64,000 nucleotides of DNA from an uncultured Pseudobdellovibrionaceae bacterium. Its GTDB lineage: Bacteria; Bdellovibrionota; Bdellovibrionia; Bdellovibrionales; UBA1609. The notes under the pieces were generated by a model. The model made no database searches, was not told the origin of the DNA, and worked only from the letters and a program-made list of their open reading frames with translations. Where the stretch lies: positions 608,001 through 672,000 of the forward strand of contig CAWDNU010000001.1 in the NCBI GenBank assembly GCA_963803705.1. Direction: 5' to 3'. A program made the translations under genes and the position numbers. Shown here piece after piece: positions 29,297 through 40,193 of this stretch; position 1 is the first letter of the stretch; every line of letters begins with the position of its first letter.

Positions 29297-30416
29297 TTGG
29301 GTCTAAGCACTGAACATTCTGATGTCTTAAGATCGATAGAAGTTATTCAATCTAAAGTGCTTGAGCTTCGGGGGTTTCTTTGACATCGAGTCTAAGCGTA
29401 AGCGGCTTATCGACTTAAAGGAAAAATCAGAAAGTCCTAAAGTTTGGAATGATCCAGAGCTGCTTCAGAAGATAAATCAAGATGTGTCCCAGTTGCAAAA
29501 AACCATAGAAGAATTCGATTCAATTCATAAAAAAGCTGAAGACTCATTAGTCCTGCTGGGAATGTCACAAGATGAAGGTGATGAAGAAACTTTTACTGAA
29601 GTTAAGAGCGAGGTTTCTATCTTGGAACAGCTGTTAGAAAAGCTTGAGGCCAAAAGACTATTAAGCGGCGAAATGGATTTAAATTCAGCATTTGTATCTA
29701 TAAATTCTGGAGCAGGAGGAACTGAGGCCTGTGATTGGGCGGAAATTTTATTTCGGATGTATTCCAGATTTGCAGATTCAGAAGATTACAAGTTAGATGT
29801 CATCGAGCGAACTGATGGTGAAAATGTAGGGTTGAAGTCCATTACTTTCTCGGTTGAAGGTGCTTACGCTTACGGCTATTTGAAATCAGAAACTGGAGTT
29901 CACCGTTTAGTGCGGATTAGTCCCTTTGATGCAAACGCTAAAAGACACACTACATTTGCCTCGGTTTTTGTGTGGCCTGAAGTTGATGATGATATTGAAG
30001 TGGACTTGAACACCTCAGATATTAAGGTGGATACTTACCGTGCTAGCGGCGCCGGGGGCCAGCACATCAATAAAACTGATTCAGCAATTCGCATGACCCA
30101 TCTGCCGACTGGTGTAGTTGTGCAGTGTCAGCAGGAAAGGTCTCAAATCGCCAATCGTGAGAAAGCGATGAAAATGCTGCGAGCAGCTCTTTATGATTTA
30201 GAGGTCAAAAAAAGACAAGACGAAAAAGACAAGCAAAACTCAGAAAAAAAACTAAATGAATGGGGAAGCCAGATACGCTCTTATGTTCTGCATCCTTACA
30301 AAATGGTCAAAGATCATCGAACAGGGCAAGAGTCTTCACAAGCTGAAAAGGTGTTGGACGGTGACTTAGAAGACTTTATACAGTCTTATCTAAAAATGAT
30401 TGGAACCAACACATGA
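29297..30416 (+). CDS. prfB: Peptide chain release factor 2 (programmed +1 frameshift)
   Basis: TTG start after GAGG, 28 codons, then CGG GGG TTT CTT TGA C shift site; SPF and GGQ motifs in the +1 frame. Confidence 0.96.
29369..29384 (+). other. prfB programmed +1 ribosomal frameshift site
   Basis: Internal SD-like GGGGG, 3-nt spacer, CTT-TGA-C. Confidence 0.93.
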
Positions 30417-31630
30417 TTTTTTGGTACGCAGCACGAACCTTAACGACCTCTAGGGGCTTATTTAATCTGTCTACTTTGCTGTCTCTGGTAAGTTTAGCGA
30501 TTGGAATTGCGACCCTAATCACGGTTATGGCCCTAGTAAGTGGATACGAAAAGGCACTTAAGTCATCGGTTTTCGATGTAGTTGGTCATTTACTAGTTTC
30601 TAAAGCTCCTGTGCCAATATATGACGCCGATGAAGCCGCTTTGATTTTGAAAGGTGAACTCTCAGATAAAAGCTTTGAATATTCACCTTACGTCCAAAAA
30701 GAGGCTTTGGTTGTAAGTGGGGGAAAGATTCAAGGTGTTATAGTTGAAGGCTTAGACAGCACATCTTTTGATAAAGTTTCGAACATTGCTAAACGGACAG
30801 TTGAGGGTAAGTTTGATTTAAAGAAAACTTTGATTTGTCCAGGGGTCTATATTGGTAAGGGGTTGGCAAAGCAGTTCAATCTTAAAGTAGGTGATAGTTT
30901 CAACATTGTAGTTCCTTTTTCGGATTTCAATTTTGGTATTAGAAGAACTTTAAAGCGTTTCAAAATCATGGGCTCCCTAGATCTAGGGAAGTATGAGTAT
31001 AACAACCGATACGTTCTTACAGAGATTAAAAATGCTCGAAGCCTTTTTGAATTCTCAAATTTAGCTTCGACTGGTTTAAGACTAAAATTCCAGGACCCTC
31101 AGCACGCAATCGAAGTTCAAAACGAGATCATAGAGAAGAATCTTCCATACAGTGTGCAAACCTGGAAGGACACTAATTTAAGTTTATTTGAAGCTATCAA
31201 AATTGAGCGAGTTATTATCTTTTTAATATTATGCATTATGATTATCATCGGAGCATTTAACTTATCTACGGGATTATTTCTAAGTGTTTTTAAAAAAACA
31301 GCTGATATCAGCGTTTTAAGATCACTGGGGCTTAAGGCTGGACAAGTCGCTATGATCTTTGTGTTTCAAGGCCTGATAATTGGCGTTGTAGGCTTTGTTC
31401 TTGGTGTCGCCCTAGGTTATATACTTATCAGTATATTAAATTTGGTTTTAGCTTCGGGTTTGTTTTTACCTCCAGAAGTTTACAAACTAAACACGCTTGT
31501 TCTTGAAGTGAAGGGTAAAGATTTGATTTATATTTTCGTAGCTTCAATGGTGATTTGCTTTGTTGCAACTATCAACCCAGCAAGAAGAAATTTTAAGCTT
31601 AAACCATCTGAAGGCCTTAGATATGACTGA
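30413..31630 (+). CDS. Lipoprotein-releasing ABC transporter permease (LolC/E family)
   Basis: SLAIGIATLITVMALVSG, LFEAIKIER, DISVLRSLG, P.EGLRYD; upstream of lolD. Confidence 0.88.
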   Translation: MIFWYAARTLTTSRGLFNLSTLLSLVSLAIGIATLITVMALVSGYEKALKSSVFDVVGHLLVSKAPVPIYDADEAALILKGELSDKSFEYSPYVQKEALVVSGGKIQGVIVEGLDSTSFDKVSNIAKRTVEGKFDLKKTLICPGVYIGKGLAKQFNLKVGDSFNIVVPFSDFNFGIRRTLKRFKIMGSLDLGKYEYNNRYVLTEIKNARSLFEFSNLASTGLRLKFQDPQHAIEVQNEIIEKNLPYSVQTWKDTNLSLFEAIKIERVIIFLILCIMIIIGAFNLSTGLFLSVFKKTADISVLRSLGLKAGQVAMIFVFQGLIIGVVGFVLGVALGYILISILNLVLASGLFLPPEVYKLNTLVLEVKGKDLIYIFVASMVICFVATINPARRNFKLKPSEGLRYD

Positions 31631-32312
31631 AATATTACTTGAAGCCAAGGGTATAAAGAAAAGCTTTGTCAGAGATCGACAACAACTGCAAATACTTCAT
31701 GGACTTGATTTTAAAATCAGAAAAGGCGAAAGCTTAGCCATCGTCGGTGGTTCCGGTGCAGGCAAAAGCACTTTGCTGCAAATTTTAGGTACCTTGGATA
31801 CACCAACTGAAGGCGAAGTTTTTTTTGAAGGTCAAAATGTAACCCATTGGTCAGATAACAGATTAGCTGACTTTAGAAATCAAAATTTAGGTTTTGTCTT
31901 TCAATTTCATCATTTGCTTCAAGAATTTACTGCAGCTGAGAACGTGATGTTTCCTTGTCTAATCCAAAAGATGCCTAAAAGTTTAGCTAGGGAAAAAGCT
32001 ATTTTTGTCCTAAGTCAACTGGGTCTAAATGATCGATTAGAGCACTATCCCTCACAGCTAAGTGGGGGTGAACAACAAAGGGTTGCTATTGCCAGATCCG
32101 TAGTCTTAAAACCCGCGCTGATACTGGCTGATGAGCCTACTGGCAATCTTGACGCAAAGAATACAAAACAGATTCAGAAAATTTTTCTAGAACTTGCGGA
32201 AGGCTTCGGCGCCTCAGTGGTGGTTGTAACCCATGACAGAGATTTTGCATCTGGTTTCAACAGCATTTTAGAACTAAAGGACGGTTTATGGGACGATTTA
32301 TCCTTTGCGTAA
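31623..32312 (+). CDS. lolD: Lipoprotein-releasing ABC transporter ATP-binding protein
   Basis: [11 protein letters not shown], LolD motif [31 protein letters not shown]. Confidence 0.92.
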   Translation: MTEILLEAKGIKKSFVRDRQQLQILHGLDFKIRKGESLAIVGGSGAGKSTLLQILGTLDTPTEGEVFFEGQNVTHWSDNRLADFRNQNLGFVFQFHHLLQEFTAAENVMFPCLIQKMPKSLAREKAIFVLSQLGLNDRLEHYPSQLSGGEQQRVAIARSVVLKPALILADEPTGNLDAKNTKQIQKIFLELAEGFGASVVVVTHDRDFASGFNSILELKDGLWDDLSFA

Positions 32313-32348
32313 TCTTATATATACTTTTATCTTAGTTTTCTTAAGACG

Positions 32349-34745
32349 ATGAAAAGCTATGATAAAGACTTCTCTTGCAAATGGACTAAACTAGTTTTTC
32401 TAGTCTGTTTATTATGGTTTAACCATATAGCGTTATTTGCTCAAGAATCCGATCTCGAAATAAAGACAAAAGCTTCCAAAAAAACTGAAAAGCCAACTTC
32501 TTTAGATAGGTCTGACAGAATATTGGCCGTTTTAGTCAGTGGCAATCAAAGAATTGAAGACGAGGCTATATTAACAAAAATTAAATCTAAACCTGGCCGC
32601 AATCTAGATACCAAAGTCATATCTAAAGATTTAAGGCGAATTTTTAAAACTGGATTTTTTGATGACGTTAAAGCCGACTTTACTAGTGGTACATTAACTT
32701 TCGAAGTGAGCGAGCGTAAAATAATTCAAGAGTTAGATTATATTGGTAACTCCGAAATCGATGACGATGAAATTGCAGAAGTCATTAGCGTTAAAGCCTT
32801 TCAACTTCTAGATGAAGCTAGCATCGAGGAATCGCTGCAAAAGATCAAAAAGTCCTACGAAGATAAAGGTTTCTTTCTGACCCAAGTGGATTACAAAATA
32901 GAAGAGCTAATAGAACCACCTGGCGCTGTCAAATTGAAAATTATAGTCGACGAAAAAAAGAAAGTTAAAATTAAGAAAGTTAGGTTTATCGGGAATGAAG
33001 GTCTATCTGAAGAGACACTGAAAGCGCGCATGCTAACAAAGCCCGGCTCGCTATTTGGTGGTGGAAACTATAAAGAAGAAGACGTCGAAAGAGATTATGA
33101 ACTTTTAAAATTTTTGTATTTGAATGAAGGTTATGCGCAAGTAAGAATTGATCCACCTAAGACGTTGGTGTCACCTGATAAAAGCGGTATCGAAGTTATT
33201 TTTAAAATCATTGAGGGTCCCAAATTTAAAATCGGAGAGATTTCTTTTAAAGGTGACCTGTTGAAAACTTCAGAGGAGTTTCTAGAGGTCATGGCTTCTG
33301 ATGATCAGAAGTATTTTTCACAGCAAGTCATCATGAAAGATCTGTCAGAGCTTCAAGCAATCTATGGCGACCAGGGGTATGCTTATGCCAACATAGTACC
33401 CCGGCCAATAATGAATGATAAAACTGAAATTATGGATTTGGTCTTTCAAATTGATAAAGGTGAAAAAGTTTCCATCGGCGAAATAAAAATCACCGGGAAC
33501 ACCAAAACCAGAGACAAAGTTATTCGTCGTGAGCTTAAGCTTATTGAGGGCGAGCTTTACAACGAGACTTCAAAGCGAAACTCTTTGGCAAATTTAAACC
33601 GACTTGGTTTTTTTAAGGCCGTCGATTTACAACCTATTACTGATTCAGGTGATCCTGCAGTCATGGACTTAAATGTTCAGGTTGAAGAAACTAGCACCGG
33701 GACCCTAAATTTAGGGGTCGGCTTCGGTGGTTTTCAAGGATTCGCTGTTCAAGGGTCGATGAATCAGACCAATTTGTTTGGACAAGGTAAGAACGTAGGC
33801 TTTAGCATTAATTGGAGTGAGAACGTCAACCGATTATTCAACTTGAATTACACTGACCCGTATTTTTTGGACACCAAGTGGTCTTTCGGCGTTGATCTTT
33901 ATCAGACGCTTAGATTTTTGCCTGACTTTCAAGAAACCAGAGTTGGTGGTGCAATCCGCCTTGGTCGAATGCTCACCGACTATTGGAGAACATCGGTTAG
34001 ATACAGATTGGATGATACTGAGCTTGGATTTTCTGAGGGTGATAGACTAGATGATTTGTACCCTCCTGAAGATGATAAGAAATCTGAAGGCTTTACAAGC
34101 TCCTTAACTTGGTTTTTAGAGTATGACAGAAGAAATAATAGAAGGTTTCCAACCGCCGGTTTTTACTCTAACTTTTCATTCGAATACACAGGACTTGGTG
34201 GGGATCTAAATTATTCAGAGACCAGTTTAAATTTAAGATATTATAAACCTATAATTGGATCCCTGGTTTGGAGAAACAATTTTGTTTATGGCTTTTTGGC
34301 TTCTAATGAATCTGGCCGAGATGTTCCCATTAGCCAGCTCTACAGGCTAGGTGGCGCAAACACAATCAGAGGGTATAATTGGTTTACATTAGCTAGAAGA
34401 AGAAAGTCCACAGTAGCTTTCAACAAATTAGTAGGCCAAGGTGATCCCTATGCTGCTTTTAAGCAATTTCGACCTTTTGGTGGAACTCAACAATTTTACT
34501 ATAACTTAGAGTTTGAATGGGCCATGGTGAAAGAGGCTGGTATAAAAGGCGTGGTGTTTTTTGACGTGGGGCAAGCTGAAGATGACTTATCGATCTCTAG
34601 CTTAAAAAGTGCCTATGGTGCAGGCGTCAGGTGGATATCTCCTTTAGGACCTCTTAGATTTGAATGGGGCTTCCCAATCGACCCTGATGAAAGATTTGGC
34701 GAGCAAAAGGTGATTTTTGACTTCTCAATTTCATCTACATTCTAA
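32349..34745 (+). CDS. bamA: Outer-membrane protein assembly factor BamA
   Basis: POTRA repeats (GNTKTRDKVIRRE), IRGY, SPLGPLRFEWG, C-terminal Phe. Confidence 0.96.
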   Translation: MKSYDKDFSCKWTKLVFLVCLLWFNHIALFAQESDLEIKTKASKKTEKPTSLDRSDRILAVLVSGNQRIEDEAILTKIKSKPGRNLDTKVISKDLRRIFKTGFFDDVKADFTSGTLTFEVSERKIIQELDYIGNSEIDDDEIAEVISVKAFQLLDEASIEESLQKIKKSYEDKGFFLTQVDYKIEELIEPPGAVKLKIIVDEKKKVKIKKVRFIGNEGLSEETLKARMLTKPGSLFGGGNYKEEDVERDYELLKFLYLNEGYAQVRIDPPKTLVSPDKSGIEVIFKIIEGPKFKIGEISFKGDLLKTSEEFLEVMASDDQKYFSQQVIMKDLSELQAIYGDQGYAYANIVPRPIMNDKTEIMDLVFQIDKGEKVSIGEIKITGNTKTRDKVIRRELKLIEGELYNETSKRNSLANLNRLGFFKAVDLQPITDSGDPAVMDLNVQVEETSTGTLNLGVGFGGFQGFAVQGSMNQTNLFGQGKNVGFSINWSENVNRLFNLNYTDPYFLDTKWSFGVDLYQTLRFLPDFQETRVGGAIRLGRMLTDYWRTSVRYRLDDTELGFSEGDRLDDLYPPEDDKKSEGFTSSLTWFLEYDRRNNRRFPTAGFYSNFSFEYTGLGGDLNYSETSLNLRYYKPIIGSLVWRNNFVYGFLASNESGRDVPISQLYRLGGANTIRGYNWFTLARRRKSTVAFNKLVGQGDPYAAFKQFRPFGGTQQFYYNLEFEWAMVKEAGIKGVVFFDVGQAEDDLSISSLKSAYGAGVRWISPLGPLRFEWGFPIDPDERFGEQKVIFDFSISSTF

Positions 34746-34876
34746 TGCCATTAAGGATTGCATTGAGCCTGAATGCGCTGTAATTTCAGGCCCGGTAGTA
34801 CGTGCCTTTTAGAATTACGAACTTTATGTCAGTTCTAAAAGTGTTTAACTAAAACTAAATAAAGATGGTGGTCATT

Positions 34877-35389
34877 ATGAAAAAGTTAATTTTAGCGATG
34901 TCTTTAGTTTTTGCCTGTCTATTTTCGCTTCAGGCTGCAGAAGTAAAAATTGGTTATGTAGATATGCAAGCTGCTATTCAAAAGACGAGTGATGGTAAGA
35001 AAGCCAAGAAGAAATTAGAGTCATTAGCTAAGACTAAAGAGTCTAAGTTAAAAAAAATGGAAGCAGAGTTGAAGACTAAGGGCGAGGACTTCAAAAAGAA
35101 AGCTTCAATATATGATGAAGCAACAGCCAGAAAAAAACAAATGCAGTTGCAAAAAGAGTTTTATGACTTGCAACAACTGCTGGGCAAAAGCCAACAGGAG
35201 TTGAGACAAAAAGAAGAGGAAGCCTTAAAGCCAATTGTAACCGTAATTAGGAAGCAAATAGATACTATTGCAAAAAAGGGTGATTATACAATGGTTCTTG
35301 AAAAGTCTGAAAACCTAGTTTTATTTGCAAAAAAAGAGATCGACTTAACAGATCAAGTTGTTAAAGCCTACGAAAAAGCTAAGAAGTAG
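34877..35389 (+). CDS. skp: Periplasmic chaperone Skp/OmpH
   Basis: Signal peptide, KIGYVDMQ, coiled coil, DLTDQV. Confidence 0.92.
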   Translation: MKKLILAMSLVFACLFSLQAAEVKIGYVDMQAAIQKTSDGKKAKKKLESLAKTKESKLKKMEAELKTKGEDFKKKASIYDEATARKKQMQLQKEFYDLQQLLGKSQQELRQKEEEALKPIVTVIRKQIDTIAKKGDYTMVLEKSENLVLFAKKEIDLTDQVVKAYEKAKK

Positions 35390-35408
35390 CACTGGTTTAG
35401 GATTTTAA

Positions 35409-35861
35409 ATGAGTGAATTGAACATCCAAGATATTTTCAAAATTCTTCCACACAAACATCCGTTTTTGTTGGTTGATCGCGTGCTTGAAATAATTCCCAG
35501 TCCAAGCGGTGGACGAGTCGGACGAAAGATTAAAGCTATTAAAAATGTGACTTTTAATGAACCCTACTTTCCGGGTCATTTTCCAGGTAATCCTGTTATG
35601 CCCGGAGTGTTAATTCTAGAGGCGATGGCACAAGTGGGTGCAATCGGTCACCACTTAGACGACGACCCTAACATGAGCTTTTTATTCGCTGGTATAGAGA
35701 AAGCAAAGTTTAAAAAACCAGTTATTCCTGGGGATACATTGGTTATGACTTGTGAAATTGTTGCTGAAAAATCTAAAATGAATAAGTTAAATGGAGTGGC
35801 AAAAGTTAACGATATCGTTGTTGCTGAAGCCATTTTCTGGGCTTTTGCCAGCCCAATCTAA
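35409..35861 (+). CDS. fabZ: 3-hydroxyacyl-ACP dehydratase
   Basis: LPHKHPFLLVDRV, F.GHFPG.PVMPGVLILEAMAQ. Confidence 0.96.
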   Translation: MSELNIQDIFKILPHKHPFLLVDRVLEIIPSPSGGRVGRKIKAIKNVTFNEPYFPGHFPGNPVMPGVLILEAMAQVGAIGHHLDDDPNMSFLFAGIEKAKFKKPVIPGDTLVMTCEIVAEKSKMNKLNGVAKVNDIVVAEAIFWAFASPI

Positions 35862-35884
35862 GCACGCTCAGTTCGAGGTTCTTC

Positions 35885-36688
35885 ATGGAACATAAAATAC
35901 ATCCTATGTCTGTAATCGGTCCCAACGTTAAACTGGGAAATAATGTTACGGTTGGTCCATTCTGTACTATTTCAGGTAACGTTTCTATCGGTGATAACTG
36001 CTTTTTAGAAAGCAATGTGACAATAGGTTGTGGTCAGGCCGAAATATCCATCGGAAAAGAAAACATTTTTCACCCAGGTTCGGTGATTGGTGGGCGGCCC
36101 CAGGACCTTAAATACAGTGACGAAACTGTAAGGTTGGTAATTGGTGGAAACAATGTTTTCAGAGAATGTGTTACTGTTAATTTAGGAACTTTAAGTGGTA
36201 TCGGTGAAACTCGCATCGGTGACCAAGGTCTTTTTATGGCTTACGTTCATATCGCTCATGACTGCGTTTTGGGTAATCACGTGGTTGTGGCTAATTCTAC
36301 GAATTTTGCAGGTCACGTTGTAGTTGAAGATCACGTAAAGATAGGTGGAGCTTGCAACTTTAACCAGTTTATAAAACTAGGGGAGTATAGTTATATTGCT
36401 GGTTTAAGCGGAGTTAATAAAGATATTTTGCCTTACACTATAGCCAGAGTTCCTGAAGGAGCGACTTACGCGGTGAGTGCTGTCACTAATAAAGTGGGAC
36501 TAGAAAGAAGTGGTATAGAAACCGACACTATATCTGCTATTCATAAGGCCATCCGTATTTTTTTAAAATCAAGTGGCACGAAAGACGAGCTCATTGAAAA
36601 AATTAAAACCGAAGTCGAATCGAATCAGTATGTCGATAAATTAATCCATTTTATAAGCACTTCTGAAAGAGGTGTTGCTAAGGCATGA
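35885..36688 (+). CDS. lpxA: UDP-N-acetylglucosamine acyltransferase
   Basis: Hexapeptide repeats, PQDLKY, HIAHDC, SERG. Confidence 0.96.
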   Translation: MEHKIHPMSVIGPNVKLGNNVTVGPFCTISGNVSIGDNCFLESNVTIGCGQAEISIGKENIFHPGSVIGGRPQDLKYSDETVRLVIGGNNVFRECVTVNLGTLSGIGETRIGDQGLFMAYVHIAHDCVLGNHVVVANSTNFAGHVVVEDHVKIGGACNFNQFIKLGEYSYIAGLSGVNKDILPYTIARVPEGATYAVSAVTNKVGLERSGIETDTISAIHKAIRIFLKSSGTKDELIEKIKTEVESNQYVDKLIHFISTSERGVAKA

Positions 36689-37881
36689 AAGATTCTTTGT
36701 CTTTAAGCGATTTGAAATCGAAAGATAAAATGAGCTCGATCTTAGTTGTTGCTGCAGAAGAATCTAGCTGCAAGTACGCAACAAAAGTTATTAAAAAAAT
36801 AAAATACGATCACCCTGAAATGAATTTTTGGGGCATTGGCAATTTAGAAATGCAAGAAGCAGGTTTCATTAGATTGGCTAAATCTGAAGATTTAGCGGTA
36901 ATGGGTTTGTTTGAAATACTAAGAAATCAAAAAAAAATAAGAGCAGCTTTTTCAGGTATCATTTCGCAAGTGCAACTAAGTAAGCCAAAAGTTGCTTTAC
37001 TTTTGGACTATGGTGAATTTAATTTAAGGCTAGCTCGCGAGTTGAAACGGCTTGGAGTAAAAGTTGTTTATTACATTCCTCCAAAGGTTTGGGTCTGGAG
37101 AAAAAGTAGAGTTTTCAAAATCAAAAAATTTGTAGATGACGTTTTAGTCGTTCATCCATTCGAAGTCGATTTCTACAAAAAATTTAATATTAATGTAAAG
37201 TATGTTGGTCATCCTTTACTTAAGGAATATCTTTCGTACAAGCAAAAAAAAAGTTCCAGTCAAGCTTTCAAAAATAAGTTAGGTTTAGATAAGAGTATTA
37301 ATGTAGGTCTGATGCCAGGAAGCAGGCAATCCGAGGTAAACTTTTTACTTAACCCTATGCTTGACGCAGCTGAAGAGCTATTAAAGCTTAAGCCCAACTT
37401 AAATATCAGTATTCTAGTTGCTCCAGGTTTTCAGATTGAAGACTTAAAACTGAAGTTTAAAAAGTTTTACGATTTTCCTATTCACTTTATAAAAGAAGAC
37501 TCCTGGAAAATGATTGATTTGTGTGACTACATGGTGACTGCCTCTGGAACAGCCACTTTACAAGTTGGCTTATTAAAAAAGCCACAACTTGTAATTTATA
37601 AATTTAACCCCTTAAGCGCACTCTTGGGAAAATTGGTAATTAGGGGTTTGAAAAACTTTGGATTAGTTAATCTAATCACGGGCGAACAGATGTGTCCCGA
37701 GCTACTACAAAGGGAAGTAAAACCTAATGTGATGGCCAAAATACTTTTTGAACTAATCCAAAACAAGGACAATCAAACAGAAATAATGTTAGCTAAATAC
37801 GACAAACTTGAAGAAAACCTAAAAGGTCTCGAGGCTGAGTCAGCTGATTTAGTGGCTGAAACAGTTTGTAAGTATTTATGA
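36685..37881 (+). CDS. lpxB: Lipid-A-disaccharide synthase
   Basis: LAVMG, DY.EFN, PKVWVW, YVGHPL, MPGSR.SE, SGTATL. Confidence 0.95.
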   Translation: MKDSLSLSDLKSKDKMSSILVVAAEESSCKYATKVIKKIKYDHPEMNFWGIGNLEMQEAGFIRLAKSEDLAVMGLFEILRNQKKIRAAFSGIISQVQLSKPKVALLLDYGEFNLRLARELKRLGVKVVYYIPPKVWVWRKSRVFKIKKFVDDVLVVHPFEVDFYKKFNINVKYVGHPLLKEYLSYKQKKSSSQAFKNKLGLDKSINVGLMPGSRQSEVNFLLNPMLDAAEELLKLKPNLNISILVAPGFQIEDLKLKFKKFYDFPIHFIKEDSWKMIDLCDYMVTASGTATLQVGLLKKPQLVIYKFNPLSALLGKLVIRGLKNFGLVNLITGEQMCPELLQREVKPNVMAKILFELIQNKDNQTEIMLAKYDKLEENLKGLEAESADLVAETVCKYL

Positions 37882-38897
37882 TTCGCAGAACAGCCCAACT
37901 AATTTACTTGCCGATTTTGTATCTACTAAGTTTAATTTATCTAACGGTTATCTGGTCGCGAAATTTACTTTTTAGTTTATCTATTTTAAGAATAAAGAAA
38001 CTAAAGAAACCCGTGATCAGTGTTGGAAACATATCTGTTGGAGGCTCCGGTAAGACTGCTCTAGTACTAGAACTACTTCGATATCTTCCGGACTACTGCG
38101 TGCTAACAAGAGGCTACAAATCAAAAGCTTTGGAAAAAAATATTCTTCCTGTTATTGTTAGTGTTGCTGACAATGCAGTAATGTACGGCGATGAACCTAG
38201 TTTGATTAAAGAAAAGCACCCTAAACATACCGTGGTCATTGACCCTAATAGGTTTCGAGGCGCTACCTTTGCGATGTTAAAGGATCAAAATATTTCAGGT
38301 TTTTTACTTGATGACGGCTTTCAGCATCGCTTTTTACATCGAGATTTTAACATTTTGCTTTTTGATATGTATGCTTACAAAAATAAAAACAGTTTGTTGC
38401 CGCTAGGTTACTTTAGAGAGCCTTTAAGTGCTTTAAACAGAGCAGATTACATACTGTTAACTAAATGGGAGCATTTGGAAAAATCTTTTTTAGATCGAGC
38501 TTTCAAGACTCTAAAAGATATAAACCCTAACCTGGAATTTATAGAGTCTAAAATTGCAAGCGTTCAGAATCACAATAAATTATCTCTTAAAGATCAGTCT
38601 GTTTGTTTGGTTTCGGGACTGGGTCAGCCGAAGGTTTTCGAGCAAGATTTTAAAAAAAACTTTTCTTTTAATAAAGTTAATTTACATTTTATGTATTCTG
38701 ACCACCACGATTTTAACCAATCGGAACTAAATTTTATTTCAAGCAAATGTAAAGAATTTAGTGCATCTATTGTTTGTTCTGAAAAAGATTTTATCAAAAT
38801 CAAAAGGCTTAAGGTTGATTTGGATAATGTATACTTTACTACACAAAAACTAATTTTAAGTGAGAAATTTTTAGAGAAGCTTAAAAAATATACTTAA
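37878..38897 (+). CDS. lpxK: Tetraacyldisaccharide 4'-kinase
   Basis: VISVGNISVGGSGKT, GDEP, LDDGFQH, LLPLG.FRE, DHH, EKD. Confidence 0.95.
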   Translation: MIRRTAQLIYLPILYLLSLIYLTVIWSRNLLFSLSILRIKKLKKPVISVGNISVGGSGKTALVLELLRYLPDYCVLTRGYKSKALEKNILPVIVSVADNAVMYGDEPSLIKEKHPKHTVVIDPNRFRGATFAMLKDQNISGFLLDDGFQHRFLHRDFNILLFDMYAYKNKNSLLPLGYFREPLSALNRADYILLTKWEHLEKSFLDRAFKTLKDINPNLEFIESKIASVQNHNKLSLKDQSVCLVSGLGQPKVFEQDFKKNFSFNKVNLHFMYSDHHDFNQSELNFISSKCKEFSASIVCSEKDFIKIKRLKVDLDNVYFTTQKLILSEKFLEKLKKYT

Positions 38898-38963
38898 ATT
38901 TGTTGAATATGCAGGCCCATCGGTTACCATAAGTTTAATTTTAAGCTTTTGAAAGAGGTGGAC

Positions 38964-40028
38964 GTGTTTTTTAAAGCGACATTTAAAGTGTATTTTTGTC
39001 TACTTCTTACACTTTTGTTATTTACAGTTTCCTGCCAAATGAGTAAAAAAAAACGTAAATTTATAAAATCTAAAACGAAGATAGATAATCCCTATAAAAT
39101 CCAGGATGTTTCCCATCAGACCGGCGAAGAAGAAAGCGGATTCCACGACTCTGGACCAACTGTCGTTGAACCTTCTTCGAAGAAATCCAAAGCAGTTCAA
39201 AAGAAGACTGAAGTCAAAGTAAAAGCACCTTCTAAGGTGACAAGTAAAAAAATACCAAAAGGAAAAAACTTGTCTGATAAAATATCTAGTAAAGAAGCTT
39301 TTAAAAAAGAAAGCGCAGAACTAGCAAAACTGTATCCCTTTAAAGTAGGAGAAAAGATAGTATACAAAGTAAGATATTTTGCTTTTGAAGCAGGTTATTT
39401 TACGTTTGAGGTTAAGCCACCTAAGGTGATCCAAAATCGGCCAGTCTTCCACTTTTATGTGTCAGCCAGAACATCTAGTATTTTCGCATGGGTTTATACT
39501 CTTAAGGATTTTGCAGAGTCATTCTGGGATATGAAGCTGAAGCGCCCCTACCTAATGAAAATTTATGGTGAAGAAAGTAGGTATATTAGAGAAGTACAAA
39601 CTGCTTTTGATTGGAAAAAAAAAGAGGCCAGGTACCAGGCCAAAATTTTTGAAGTTGGAAAGGGTATGGATGAAGAAGATAAAAAGTGGACTCTAGATCA
39701 TCCAGAGGCACAGGATATAGTATCCGCTTTGTACTTTTTAAGAACTAAGAAGCTTGAAGTCGGCAAAACTTTCGATTTCAGGGTGGCAGAAAAAGGCAAA
39801 GATATTCTTGTTCGTGCTAAGGTAGTAAAGGAAAAACTGCTTAGCACCAAACTTGGGAAACTAATGACTTTTGTAGTTCAACCAAAATTTGCTGTAGATG
39901 GCGCTTGGAAGCAAAAGGGTGATATAACAATCTGGTTAACTAAAGATGAGTATCAAACCCCAGTACAGTTTGAAGCTAAGATTAAGATTGGAACTATCAG
40001 GGGCCGCCTACACTCTTTGACACATTGA
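38964..40028 (+). CDS. DUF3108-like lipoprotein
   Basis: Lipobox-like TVSC; F.VGEKIVY, QDIVSALY.LR, IWLTKD..PV; start uncertain (38949 or 38964). Confidence 0.65.
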   Translation: MFFKATFKVYFCLLLTLLLFTVSCQMSKKKRKFIKSKTKIDNPYKIQDVSHQTGEEESGFHDSGPTVVEPSSKKSKAVQKKTEVKVKAPSKVTSKKIPKGKNLSDKISSKEAFKKESAELAKLYPFKVGEKIVYKVRYFAFEAGYFTFEVKPPKVIQNRPVFHFYVSARTSSIFAWVYTLKDFAESFWDMKLKRPYLMKIYGEESRYIREVQTAFDWKKKEARYQAKIFEVGKGMDEEDKKWTLDHPEAQDIVSALYFLRTKKLEVGKTFDFRVAEKGKDILVRAKVVKEKLLSTKLGKLMTFVVQPKFAVDGAWKQKGDITIWLTKDEYQTPVQFEAKIKIGTIRGRLHSLTH

Positions 40029-40193
40029 GAACAAATAGCTTAAAACATTTACAATTTTCGTAAGTTTCAAAATCTAATATCAAATATTAAACTAAAGTCT
40101 GTAATTCGACTAGACTATGGTCTGTGTTTCAGGACCAAGACTAGTTGTTTGTCTGGAAGTCTCCGAAAGGTTTTTTGTAAAAGGGGATTGAAG

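Noticed and set aside
29361..29383. ORF-track start for prfB at 29361
   Set aside because: Artefact of the programmed frameshift; the real start is upstream in another frame.
34767..34841. Two hairpins between bamA and skp
   Set aside because: Short stems without a U tract or known RNA motif; at most mRNA stability elements.
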